Assembly: GCA_000934665.2 (NCBI GenBank)
Contig: KZ538013.1
Location: 124,001-180,250 of the forward strand
Origin: Catajapyx aquilonaris
Taxonomy: Eukaryota
Direction of reading: 5' to 3'
DNA length: 56,250 bases
A program made the translations under genes and the position numbers. Positions 1 to 12,100 of this stretch are shown here, one piece after another (positions within the stretch are counted from its first letter, which is position 1; the number at the start of each line of letters is the position of its first letter). The notes below the pieces were generated by a model that made no database searches, was not told the DNA's origin, and saw only the letters and a program-made list of their open reading frames with translations.

Positions 1-164
1 ACAATCAAAGAAGTTCATATATTCACATAGTGACTGATGTGCTCTACCCTTGGAAGGACAAACTGCAATAGAAGGTAATCTGCAGATAGCCTAATAGTGA
101 ACCAAAATTTGCCCATCACCAGACACACTGTATTTAGTAAGTCAAAAATTAAGGCAATTTTCAC

Positions 165-3100
165 CTTGATGGATGGGTGCAACAGATGCTTTCTTGCTTC
201 CCCCACAGGCTCCAAGTAAGGCACCACCAAACTGTGCAAGATCTGAGGCCAGTTCACACAACAGCCTTAGCTGTGGCAGAGAGGCAGAGATCAACACATC
301 ACTCACTGCATTCAGTTCCAGTGAGTGCCCACAAACCAAAACTTGCTTCAAGAGGCGACGCTGCTCATACACTATTGCTGGAGCTGCCATTACACGCAGC
401 TGCAGTCTGGAAGTAAGCATGATCCATCCTGTACTTCAAAAATATACTTTCAGGTCATAAAGCCATTGCTTATTATTCATAGCATCAATACAGTACAAAA
501 GGTTCTATGATAATTCAAGAAATCTACATTACCAGTCAGTTAACTTCGTGAGATACCATATTTACGCGCATATAAGACGCACCTTTTTTCCGATTTTTGT
601 AGCTCAAAAAGTAGGGTGCGTCTTATACGGCAGGGCACAACGGGTGAAACCCGTGAGAAATCGTCCACACACGCGCACAATTTCGGTGTGACCTTGCCAC
701 CTATACCTTTCAGATGCATAGTATTGTCCCATTTTCCACTTGCCCCCCTCCACACGCACATGCATTGCACACGAGGTTGCTGCCGGCAGCTCGAGGCCAG
801 TTCCCAAACTACGGCAATAAATCTGGGTGCGTCTTATATAAGTCAACAACCGATTTTCCACGATTTTTCGCCTCAAAACCGGGGTGCGTCTTATACGCGT
901 GTGCGTCTTATATGTGCGTAAATACGGTATCTACATAACTCAATCCAGATGGTACTCAGAAACTGATTAAATCCTTTAGTTAATGATACATTTTCATCAA
1001 CAGCAGCCTTTATTGCATACTGCCTCAGTAATATAATGGAAAAATTGTAATTCTACAGGGAGCCCTTATAAAATACTAGGGTTATGTTCCCCAACTAAAT
1101 ATGTATGACGAGAAAAACTTTTGCTAGCAGACTACGCTGAAAATTTTTGAAGTCCCAGCAAGGCAAATTATAAAATACATGACACTGGATATGAAAATAA
1201 CTTGATCACAAATAATCCAGGAGGCAATTGAGTAAAACATAACTTTGACTAAGTATATCAAGACAAACCTGGAAAGAACAGGCAGCAAGAGCACCTCCGA
1301 GTTGAACCCCACTGATGAAGGATCTAGAGAATTCCAGTCCAAGGCTGGGTTTTCCCCCATAGTCCTAAGTGCTGCACTGGGGCTCTGCCTGCTGCTCTGG
1401 TACTCAACCTTCTCCCACTGACCTGTACCAGCACACAACCCAACCACATCTAATTGATACTGCCGGTCTTCCACCTCTGCACCTGGGATTCCCAAGATTC
1501 GGGCTTGTTCAGCTGTCCTGTATATGTCAGGGCGCACAAAAACATGTCCTAAGGGGTTGTCCACCTGAGAAGGAAAGAGTTCAGTTTATGACTTGCATAT
1601 GCAGCCAATCTAACAAGTGTTGTTTCCTGATCACAAACATGTCATATATTCTGAATACCATGTATGTACTCTGGCATCAGAATGTGAAATGACACATCAT
1701 GGGAGGCTACCTGGGATGTAAGGGTGGCAGACTCAAGTTGTACTAGGACCATGTCTGGATTTGTCTCCGCTCCATTGCCTTTGGTTAATGGCAGAAAGAT
1801 GCGCATGCCTTTGGTCTTTAGGTACAGCATAGGGAGAGTGTTGTTGTTGTATGAAAGCCAATCACGATGATGTGTAACAGTTGATGGTGCTACATCTGGG
1901 CAGGGAGATCTGTGGTAAGAAGAATTTGCATAACTATTCACCAACAACAAATAACTAAAAGGCATGTAATGAAGCATTAACCCTTTGATGGGGGAGTTTT
2001 TTTGGCCATTTTAGTCTCTTTATGAAAAAAAATCTAGTAGGAGTAATATTAATGAAAAACAATATGCTCCAATATTTATCATTTCAACTCGTGGTGGTCC
2101 TTTTGAATATAAAATGCCGAAAAAATTCATCTACAGGGTGGTCCAGAAAAAATTTTAACGTGCAATTAACTTGAAACGTAATTAAATTTATTTAAATTTT
2201 TAACGTCACTATAAAATTGTTACTGTGGTTACATAATACTACTAAAACACTGTACTTTGAGAAATTACTACGAGTCCAGACGTCGCATGTTGTCAAAAAC
2301 TTTCAGGCGGGAGGGGGTATGCTTAGCTCCCGCTGGGAGGCGGGAAAACTGATTAGCATACGCCATGATGGTTGAGCCCCCTTCCACGAGGAGGTAGGAG
2401 CAGTTTGAGCCTCAAACTGCGCCATTTTTGTGTAAACTGTAGCGCTCCCAGTTCAAAAACCAGCAGGACATCACATGATGTCCGTCGCCATCAAAGGGTT
2501 AACAGCATAAGAATAAAGATACTTAAATTCAAGGACATATTAATGAACAAATTATTAATAAGAAAATAACATTTCAAATTCCAGTAAAGAAAATTAAATT
2601 ATTATTATAATGCTTGAATTGTGATAACACAATTTTGCCTTACGTTTAGGCAACAAATGAGGTGTCAATAAATAGGTTACACACAGGGATGGAAAAAGTA
2701 CCGCTTCCTTCCAAGAAGCGCCTCTTTTTTCCATGTGCAGGGATAGAAAAAGAACCGCTTACCGCCCAAAGAAGCGGTTCTTTTTCCATCCCTGGTTACA
2801 CAGCATGTAAGAATAATTTAGAGGATAGGGTGTTCAAATTACATGTGAATTGCTTTAGTTATGGCTTATGGGTGACACTAAAGCAAGATCATTTCCACTA
2901 CATCCATGACCCATTAAAGTGTAGTCTGTTTTCCAGTACTTCATTGAGAGGGACATCACACTGAACCAGTAGGCAGATCATTAATATCATTAAACGAAGT
3001 TTTAGAAAACACTATCAAACTTGAAAGGTGGCCCTTCCACCCATTGCTACATGTAAGATTTATTGAATATTCCTAGTGCCTTCTCTAACCATTTTAAATA

Positions 3101-6100
3101 TGAAAGAACTGCAACTTCATAACTTTCAATCCCAAACTTCACAACTACGAACTCAATATGAACATATGAAAGGTCACTGTTTTCCTGTAATATTAACAGA
3201 AACAACATTCACTAAAAGATACAAGTTGTGATACATGCCATCTTTTCTTTGGGCACCTATTGTGCTCTTTCTTGGCCCCTCAACTACATATATAGCAAGT
3301 AAGAAAGAGCAAGTAGGCAAACCTGGATATGGTAAGTCCCTTAGCCCAAGCCTGCAGCACATCTAAGAAGGGACGCATAACTTCAGCTGACAGAATCACA
3401 TCAATGGGACGTAGCTCCACATCCAATTCGCTCAGGTGCCTTAACTGCACCTCACCTCCTGCCTTACTCCCTGCACCACCTTTACTCCCACCTCCGGAGA
3501 CAGATCCTGATACAACCCACTCTTCATCAAGATGGCGACGAAGCAGCTGTTGCCACTTTTCATGGACACTGTGAACCTGCGCCCGTGTAAAGGTCAGTGA
3601 CAAGAGACCTCTGGTTTGGGTTGTGCGGGTCAGTGCGGGATGGGACGGGACACTGCGTATAGGAGGGGGAGGGGGAGGAGGGCCAACACCCACGCCGGAT
3701 CTGGGAGAGTCGTCTGATGGTGTGCCACCACCATCACTCCCAGGGCTGCTTCCTGAGCTACCAATGAGGGGATGCCAGACATGGATGTCACTTGTCACAT
3801 CCTCACCACAGCTTAGGAGGACACCAAGGTGACTTCCAGGTCTCCATCCATCTTTACCCACTCTGCCAAGAACAGAGCAAAGGATAATTGAATTATGCAT
3901 TGCCATATACATAAGCTGTGGATTTGGAGTAAGCACGCATGAAGGACCACATCAGAATAAATTTGGCATGCTTATTGATGTATTCAATCCCTTTTTTCCC
4001 CCCAGAAAGCTGTAAACATGCATATTACACATCATGCAGAGTAGTTACAATTTCACCAGCTTTGATTCCAGTTAACATAACTGCTTGCAATAAACTTACC
4101 TCCTAAAGTGCTGAATGTTAGCTGCAGCCACCTTCAACTTGACCTTAAGAAAGACTTGTTGCAGGTCAATCGATGTTACAATATCCTCAACTTGTGCCGT
4201 AACCTTTGCACGAGGTTCCCCTCGATCTTGCTGGTCTGGGGCACCATACATGGTCAGTATTAAATTTGTCAACGTCCACTGCACCCACAGGGTCATTGAC
4301 TTGACATCATCTCCTCCACATGCTAAAGTGTTTAAAATATCAATATCAATAGGTTAGGACATAAATATAATGTAAAATGTATGGGAAAGGACTAGTTTTA
4401 TTTACATAAACAAGCAATAATTGTAGCCCCTACAAGACTGTGGGCAGTCACATTGTCCAAATAAAGTAACTTCTGCCCAAGCAAATAAGAGAAGACACTC
4501 GTAGTTCGGGTTTTCACCGCATTTGCATTAGGACCCGATTATTGTTGGAAAGTTGCCATCTTTTTTTTCTCACACTTATGAATTGACATTGACAACCTCC
4601 TGATATGTACAGTATATTCAAAAATGAACACATTAATTACATGTAATTTACCTGTTGCCTTAGCAATGTCATCCTCCTCAGTCTCTGTGGTGACTTGTGG
4701 AGTGGTGGGTTCACTCACAGATGCATTGCTACGAAGGGGAATCAATGGAGGGGGTGTAACCAGATCAGCAAGACTAGCGCTGCCAATTTCATGACCAGAG
4801 TGGGGCTCCCAACTGCTGTCGAACAGTTCAAAAGACATGCGCAGCAGGTTGTCCAGAGCATGAGTGAATACCTCAGCCTGGGAAAAAGAGAGAGAAAGAT
4901 GTAGAGATCGCTCCTTTTGCAAACACATGTTTCAAACTCTTGATTAAAAGTGAATCACTCGAGTTTTTTGTCATGGGGTTATGTTCACAGGTTAGATACA
5001 GTATATCTAATTACCCAGATATATCACCTGTCTGCTTCTGCCTATTTTTATCACGGACCATGGTTGGATAGTTGGATAATGTCATAAGCTGCTCCCTCCC
5101 TACTTCATGAGCCTCCTGGTATTACTCAGTTTAAAGATGGAGAGTCAGCCAACATGTGGCTTTTAATGATAATTACGTGACAGCACTTTCTGTGACCTCA
5201 CCTGTTGCATGTTGAGGGAAATGTGCAGAGTCCCCATGTCTGCATGCAGGCAGAGACCAAGTGGGGACTGTGATGGCGGGTCATTCTTCCGATTAGTCAC
5301 AGCCAAAGTGCATGTGGTGGAAATAGGGTGTAGCAAATAGTTTTCCTCTTTTCCAACCTCGCCACCCAAATTATATCCAGCTGAGCAAGAAAAATCGGAG
5401 AGGTTCAGCTTTAAAGGAAAACCCTCTCTTCCTGGAGGCCAAAGATCTCTGGGAAGTCTGACGGGGATGCAAAACAAATGAGCCTCAACAGAACCAGGAG
5501 GAAGGACTGTGTTTCTGACTTCCACCCGTGGCAGGCATAAGACAACTGCACTTTCCCCACATTTGGGGGAAGGAAGGGAGTCTGATGAAATGTTAGCAGG
5601 CAGATGAATGGTCCAGTGCTCCAGATGGATGCACACTAGGGGAGAACCCAGCAAAGGAATCCACCTGTTGGCATAAATATGCAATTACTACTTATGTTAT
5701 CAATCATGTTCTTGTTGCTACAAAATAATTCTAACATCAGCACTTTACTACAACATGACATTAATTCATGCATAAGGATGCAAATGCATTTTCTAAAATC
5801 TGGTCAACTGTTGTTATTAATGGCATGCCACCGATTGGAAGGTAATATGGTAATAGGAAAGTACAGTACAGTAGAACCTTCATTATCTGACCTCTGATTA
5901 TTATCCGAATGTCCTGCTCCATCAATAAATCTATGCTCTATATTGTAATGTACTCTGAATTTTTTTGTACTGCCTTAGTTAAATAGTAAATACAGTACAG
6001 TTAAGTGTGTATGTAAAAGATAAATGCTTCCCTACTTCTCAGAAAACCAATCTATTTTACATTATTTCCTGTTTTTGTGTCATTTGTGGTGTTTCTTCAA

Positions 6101-9100
6101 AGTTTTCTTCGCGCCTCGGATTATCTGACCCTTTTTGTGTTCTGACCATTCACAGGTCCTGTGGGTGACAAATAATAATTGGAGTTCTACTGTATCTTCA
6201 ATAATAACAGCTCACTTTGCACATATTTCTCTCCATCCATTCTTGAATCCTGCCGACCCTTCTCCTGGAGAGATGTGCCCACCTGAAGGTGCTTCAGCTG
6301 AGCTCTCAACAAGAGCTGGAACTGAAGCACTATCTCGCAATTTGTCAGAACTATGTACTGACTCCCGAGGATGATGGTGACCTCTTGTAATTACTGGAGG
6401 CTGTTGTTGCTGTTTCGGATGATGACGATGGTGATGTTGGTATTGTTGTTGCAGCTGCTGCTGATGATGAATGCGTTGTGAGTCAGATCCAGCTGATGAT
6501 GGACCAGCCGTTGCAGATGTAGAAGATAATGTTCTTTCCAACTTCTCTTTACTTGGTGGTATTAACTGCATAATAATTAAAATAATTGTAGTTGTCAGGA
6601 AATAAATGTTAATTTCCCACACCAAATGGCCAGAAAGTCTGGAAAAGTCAATGGGAATTTCTGTCAGGTTATGAACATATTTCACTGGGTAAGTTTTTCA
6701 AGCTAGCAAGATTTTTGCCTTATTGAAGTTTCTTTTTATAAAGTTCTTACTATGATACAAATACTGAAGTATTACTTCCACTGCTGATGATACAAATACT
6801 GAAGTATTACTTCCACTGCTGATGATTCCCAAAAAAAAAAAACTTCAATTGATAGCATGCTCTATTGAAATGTAAATACCAGCCCTCAATCCAATGTAAT
6901 TAAAACATTGATGCAACCCCCCATTCTAATTACTGATGTTTACTGTGAAAAGCACTCATTTAAAAGCCCAAGTGGAAGTTCGACGCCCCACTACTCCTGA
7001 AAATAACAACTTTGCTGCCTTTTTGCACATAATGTACGCTGATTTCATATGTGATCATGACCTGAACCTAAACATGTGAACAAATTAACTTGTTGTAATT
7101 AAGTGGCCAAATAAATGCTTCTAAATTCGAGAAGTTAGTTCCCTCAACTTCTGGTCACTTTCATATTTTAAAACTTTGTGTTGCTCTACACTCCTCTTGT
7201 GGTATAAGCTGATCAATACAGGCATCCCCCCAACTTTTGTAGACCCTGGCATCCATACAAAAAATTTCAAACATACCAAAAATTCCATGAAATTGACATA
7301 ATAAACTGTTAATGTTTAAAATGTTGCCAAATATGAGAAAAATCATGAGCCAAGACTCATACCCTCACTTAGTGTACATGTGACAAACATTTGCAACCCA
7401 CTTCTGGTTGTCATGGGGAGTCCCTTCCTGCTCTCAAGGGACTCTACGACACTAACTTCAGGATTTCTGTATAAGATGCAGTACAGTATTGGATAATATA
7501 AAAATCAGGTTATAAGTCACGTAAAATTTAACTTCCGTATGACATCACAGAACAACCGACTTACATTAAGTTGGGTACTGCCTATATACTGCATTGGCAA
7601 CATTTCCTACCTTTGGCTTATAAGCCATCCAATTATAGAGCCCATCAGCCATATAACAAGAAACTTGTTTAGTGGCCAAATACATCACAGCAACTGCACT
7701 TCCTTCCTTGTCTGGTAGTTGAACTAATGCTGTTACTAAAGGGCCCATTCCTGCAGCCAGTTGATCCCCTTCTTCAGATGGCCCTGCCAGCAAAGCCACC
7801 TGGTGATCTGACCCAGGCCCTCTGCCCCTCACCACAGATGATACTTCAAGTTCTCCAACTGACAACTGATAACTTGTGGAGTCAGCTGTCACAGTTGCCT
7901 GGAGGTCTATTGCTCGAATCTGAAGCTGCAGCGAAGGGCGAGAGGTGTCTGAGGAAGTCAGGTCATGGACAAGACTGGAGTTGGAAAATAAGAGGCAGTG
8001 GTGAGGAGGTGTCAGAGATGTAAGGATCTGCCATGCTGTCAACGTATGTGGCTTGCTGCCGGTCAGTGTCAAGCTGCCTGCATAGAAAATGTTCTCGTAA
8101 GGCATTTTCAAACCAGATATCATTGCTGTCTTTATATTCCATATCATGTTGAATCAGTGTTGAATGCATAGTGTATGAAGAAACAAGGTTACAACACTCG
8201 CATAAATTTCTGACACACATGTTGCCAGAAATGTGTTGTTTCCAACATGTACATTAACCTCTTTATTGAACTGGCTAAAAAGGGAAGCAGCACTTCAACA
8301 AGTTGGGCTGTAAAATAAGGCTAAAATCAAGAACCCAAAGGATGTGATGTTTTTCTCAAAACCTAATGGTAACTCCAGGGTAAAAAATCAAAATAGGCCA
8401 GAAATCCATCATCTGCAACATGGGAAGTGACAGGAAAGCAACATCATACATTATTTACACTTAACCTGCCACCCCCCCCCCCCCCCAGGCCTCAAATGCA
8501 CATTAAGGCCTCTTCTCCCACAAGAAAAATGTCTGGTTTGCATTTTTGCTGATCCTTTACCTAATGAAAGCATTGAAACAGAACACATTTTTCTGGACTT
8601 CGACCTCTTGCCCTGGCCTCACCTTTTAGTTCTCATAAATATAACCTGCCTCACTGAAATTGAGCATCTGCAGCAGAGTCTGTAATGCAAGGCCTACTAT
8701 TTTTAACCCTGGAACCGTGCCGTGGGGTCTTTTTGGACCCCTAGGAAAAAAATACATTAAAATGATAATTACAATGAACTTTTGCCATTTTTTTTTACAG
8801 TATATAACAGGAAGTGCATGTTTATTTTGAATCGGCGATCCTTTTAGGCATTGTTCAAAGAATGATTGTATATAATAAATACATTGACAAGTATTACATA
8901 ATAATTAATAAAAATTAAAATATGGTGGGGTCCGAAAAGACCCCAAGGTACGGTTGCCGTAATACTCGTAGGCACGGTACGGTTCCAGGGTTAATGCATT
9001 GTGAACAATGTGCTAAATGCATTTATAGTATATAGTATATGCATAAAACATGGGACTGGATGAACCCGTATTAAATAACTCATGCAATTCTATTGACCAT

Positions 9101-12100
9101 ACATAGCAATGCACCAGCCATTCATTGTCACTATATCCTTCACCTGAGAAAATTTTTAATTATCTTTTGACATGCACATGGATTTGTCATTTAATGTTAC
9201 ATACTATGACTGTCATAGTTCAATTTACACTACCAAAAAATTACTCCTCTAATCTAGTTGGCCAGTAGATTAATACTGGTGTAGCAGGGCTTTTCAAGAC
9301 ATGTTACAAACTTCCCCATCCAAATGATCCAGATTAACAAATCTGACTGGAGTCTAATACAATCATAACTTTGAATGATGCAATGTACAGAACCATGTGA
9401 TGTAGTACCTACGTACTGACGAAGCCAAATAAATGTTCATTTCTTAATAGCCTCAGTTACTCTTACATTTTACACAGCTTGAACCAACAGCAACACTAAC
9501 ACACTGGCCTCTTTTCTTTAAACTCTCAATAACAAGAAGGAAATCATCCGCACCTGCTTCCAAGGTAAATTCCCTGCGAGTTGCATCTTTGTGCGGAGAT
9601 CTTGTCCAGTTGTCCCACCTGAGCAATTCCTTCAGGGAGACATTGACATTACAAGGCAGCAGCACAGGAGCCTGCCACTCATCACACCTCAGTCTGCTCT
9701 CTGCTCCAAACACTTTCAGGTCCAAATCTAGGTGGCATCGTTGCATCAGAGTTGGGCTTGGTTTGAGAGCATCCAAATTGGTTGAAAAATCAGATGTCAA
9801 TGCCCTAATCAACCTTTCAGGGTACATTGGTTGGGTGAGGCGAGCATCAAGGCACTCACATTCTAGGCTTAGAGTGGGTAAAGGGGCAGTAAGTATAGGA
9901 GGGAAAGGGGAGCGTCCACCACCACCCCATCTCTTGCGTCTGGTGGATGGATCAAAGGTGGGGTGGTCAGCAAGAGGAGACAGAAGGACCACAGGCTTGA
10001 AAACAGTCACCTGATACACTCGCACAGGGCAATTGGACTCCAGCAGACGAAGCTCCTCTTCCAAGGAATGCTCATCTAACTGGGAAATCAATGAACCTGC
10101 AAAAAAAAGTCAAATATTTCATTTCTTGCTCCATGATTAATCCCAGGAAGTAGCCATATTTGAAAGGGCTGTGACACACAATAATTGGAAGACAATAATT
10201 CAGTTTCTACAAAAAAATATTATTTTCAATTGGGAAAACAATTGTTTTAGAACAATTTCAACTGATGTCAGACGAGTTTTCTTGATTATATGGAAAATAT
10301 ATTATTTGATAGCGGAATTCATACAAGTGATGCAACTTATCCTATACATATACGAACAAAACTGGCAAACCTGGCAGCCTAGGTCTCCCATATGGTGCAT
10401 AGTCATATGCACTGGCTGAATGGGCTGCCATCTGACAGGCATGCAAGAAGTTGCTGTCAACCCGCACCTGGGCAGGTCCAACCACAACCCTGCAGAGTGC
10501 CCTTTCTGGAAGGTTGCTGAATTCCAGATCAGACTCCAGGTCTGAATCATACTCATCTGGGAGATCCAGTACATAGAGGTAGTCCAGTGCAAATGCTGGG
10601 GAGCGCTCCAAAAGGGATGCCTCTGTTACAGTGTGGAGGTGTGAATCCCAGGTAAACTCGTAATGAAAATCAGGAAGTGGAGTAGTAGAAGTTAGATCAA
10701 AGAGAGAGCCCCTCCGGAAGTCATCAGCTGACTGGGGTAAGCCAGAGGTCACAAATGACTTTCCCCACAATTTGTCACGAACTCCACACAGGCATATGTC
10801 ACCCATACGGTCGAGTGATACATGCCCCACCCCAACCTGCAATGATAAGAAAAGTGTAAGGGCATTAAAAGGAACTGAAATTAAAAGTTTTCCTTTCACA
10901 TAATTATTGCACGTAATATACATAGACCAAATCCCACACCCTGCCTTGTAACTGTATGGCCACCAGCAAGCATTTGCTAACTGGTCAGATTTTACTAATA
11001 ATGATGCTTTATAAGTGGTAATATCCACATCTGAAGGCAGGGTCTGATTTCCCCAGGCCTAAAAAATTCACCTACTCCCTTTACCCAACTAGTCTACGTT
11101 GCTAGCCTCAGTCTTCCTATGATTAACCTAAAAAGACAATTTCCAATAGCAATAATGAACAATTATTGTGGCTAAGGGTGGGAGGGCTGGTTTTCCGGGG
11201 TTAATGAGCACATATTTGGGACTGGAGAAAAACTGGTACTTTAGCAGTGGAATGAACTGCAGACACTGCTCTGGAAAGAAGCCAGACATGAACATTCTAA
11301 ACTTGAATGCCACCTTGTAACATCGCATATAACAGGGAAAGAGGACAGGAATCCCAAGTGACAGTTCTATTTGACACCAATTACGGCAACCCCAAGGCAT
11401 TCCTATTTGTCCATCAAAAAAATTAAAATCAGCATAATGAACATAACATGTTAATTTTTACATGAATACATGAATTCAGTGACTCAAGCAGATTCACATA
11501 AACTGTAAACAAATAAATTTAAATTACATGCAAAAAATTCATATAAAATATACTGTATGTAAGCATAAGGCCACATTCACATGCAAGATATTTGATCAGC
11601 AATGTGCAGTGATGAGCGATGAAATCAATTGTTTGGGAGTGAAACATGATTGTTACTTGTGCCCCAAACAATTGGTTTCATCGCAGAGTGAAGCGCTCAC
11701 ATGTAAATGTGCCACAGCGCCTGTTTCACTAACTCGTTGTTGTGAAAGCGGGGCATGTGGGCCTCCGGCTAATGGCATGCAGAAATTCCACCCAGTTGGA
11801 AGACAACGCAACTCCCGCACTTGACCATCACACACAGCATTTGTGAATAGCCCTTCGCAAGTTTTCTGCGCTCCACAAGCCCCACTCTCGCAACACTGAG
11901 TTGGTGAAACAGGCTTAAGTGTCACATGTCAGCTAAAAAATTGCTCTAAAAACCAAGGTGAGAAACCTTTGGTCCACCACAGTGCATATTAAGGACCACA
12001 TCACATGAACAATTACCTGTGCCAACACAGCATCTTTGGCCCTACAGATGACTTCTGTTCTAAGTCCTTGCAGATGCAGGCATGCATATGGCGTAAATCT

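Noticed and set aside
7363..7467. Possible extra VPS13B exon with AG and GT ends
   Set aside because: Its open frame is phase-incompatible with the flanking exons, which already join in frame (7611>6565).
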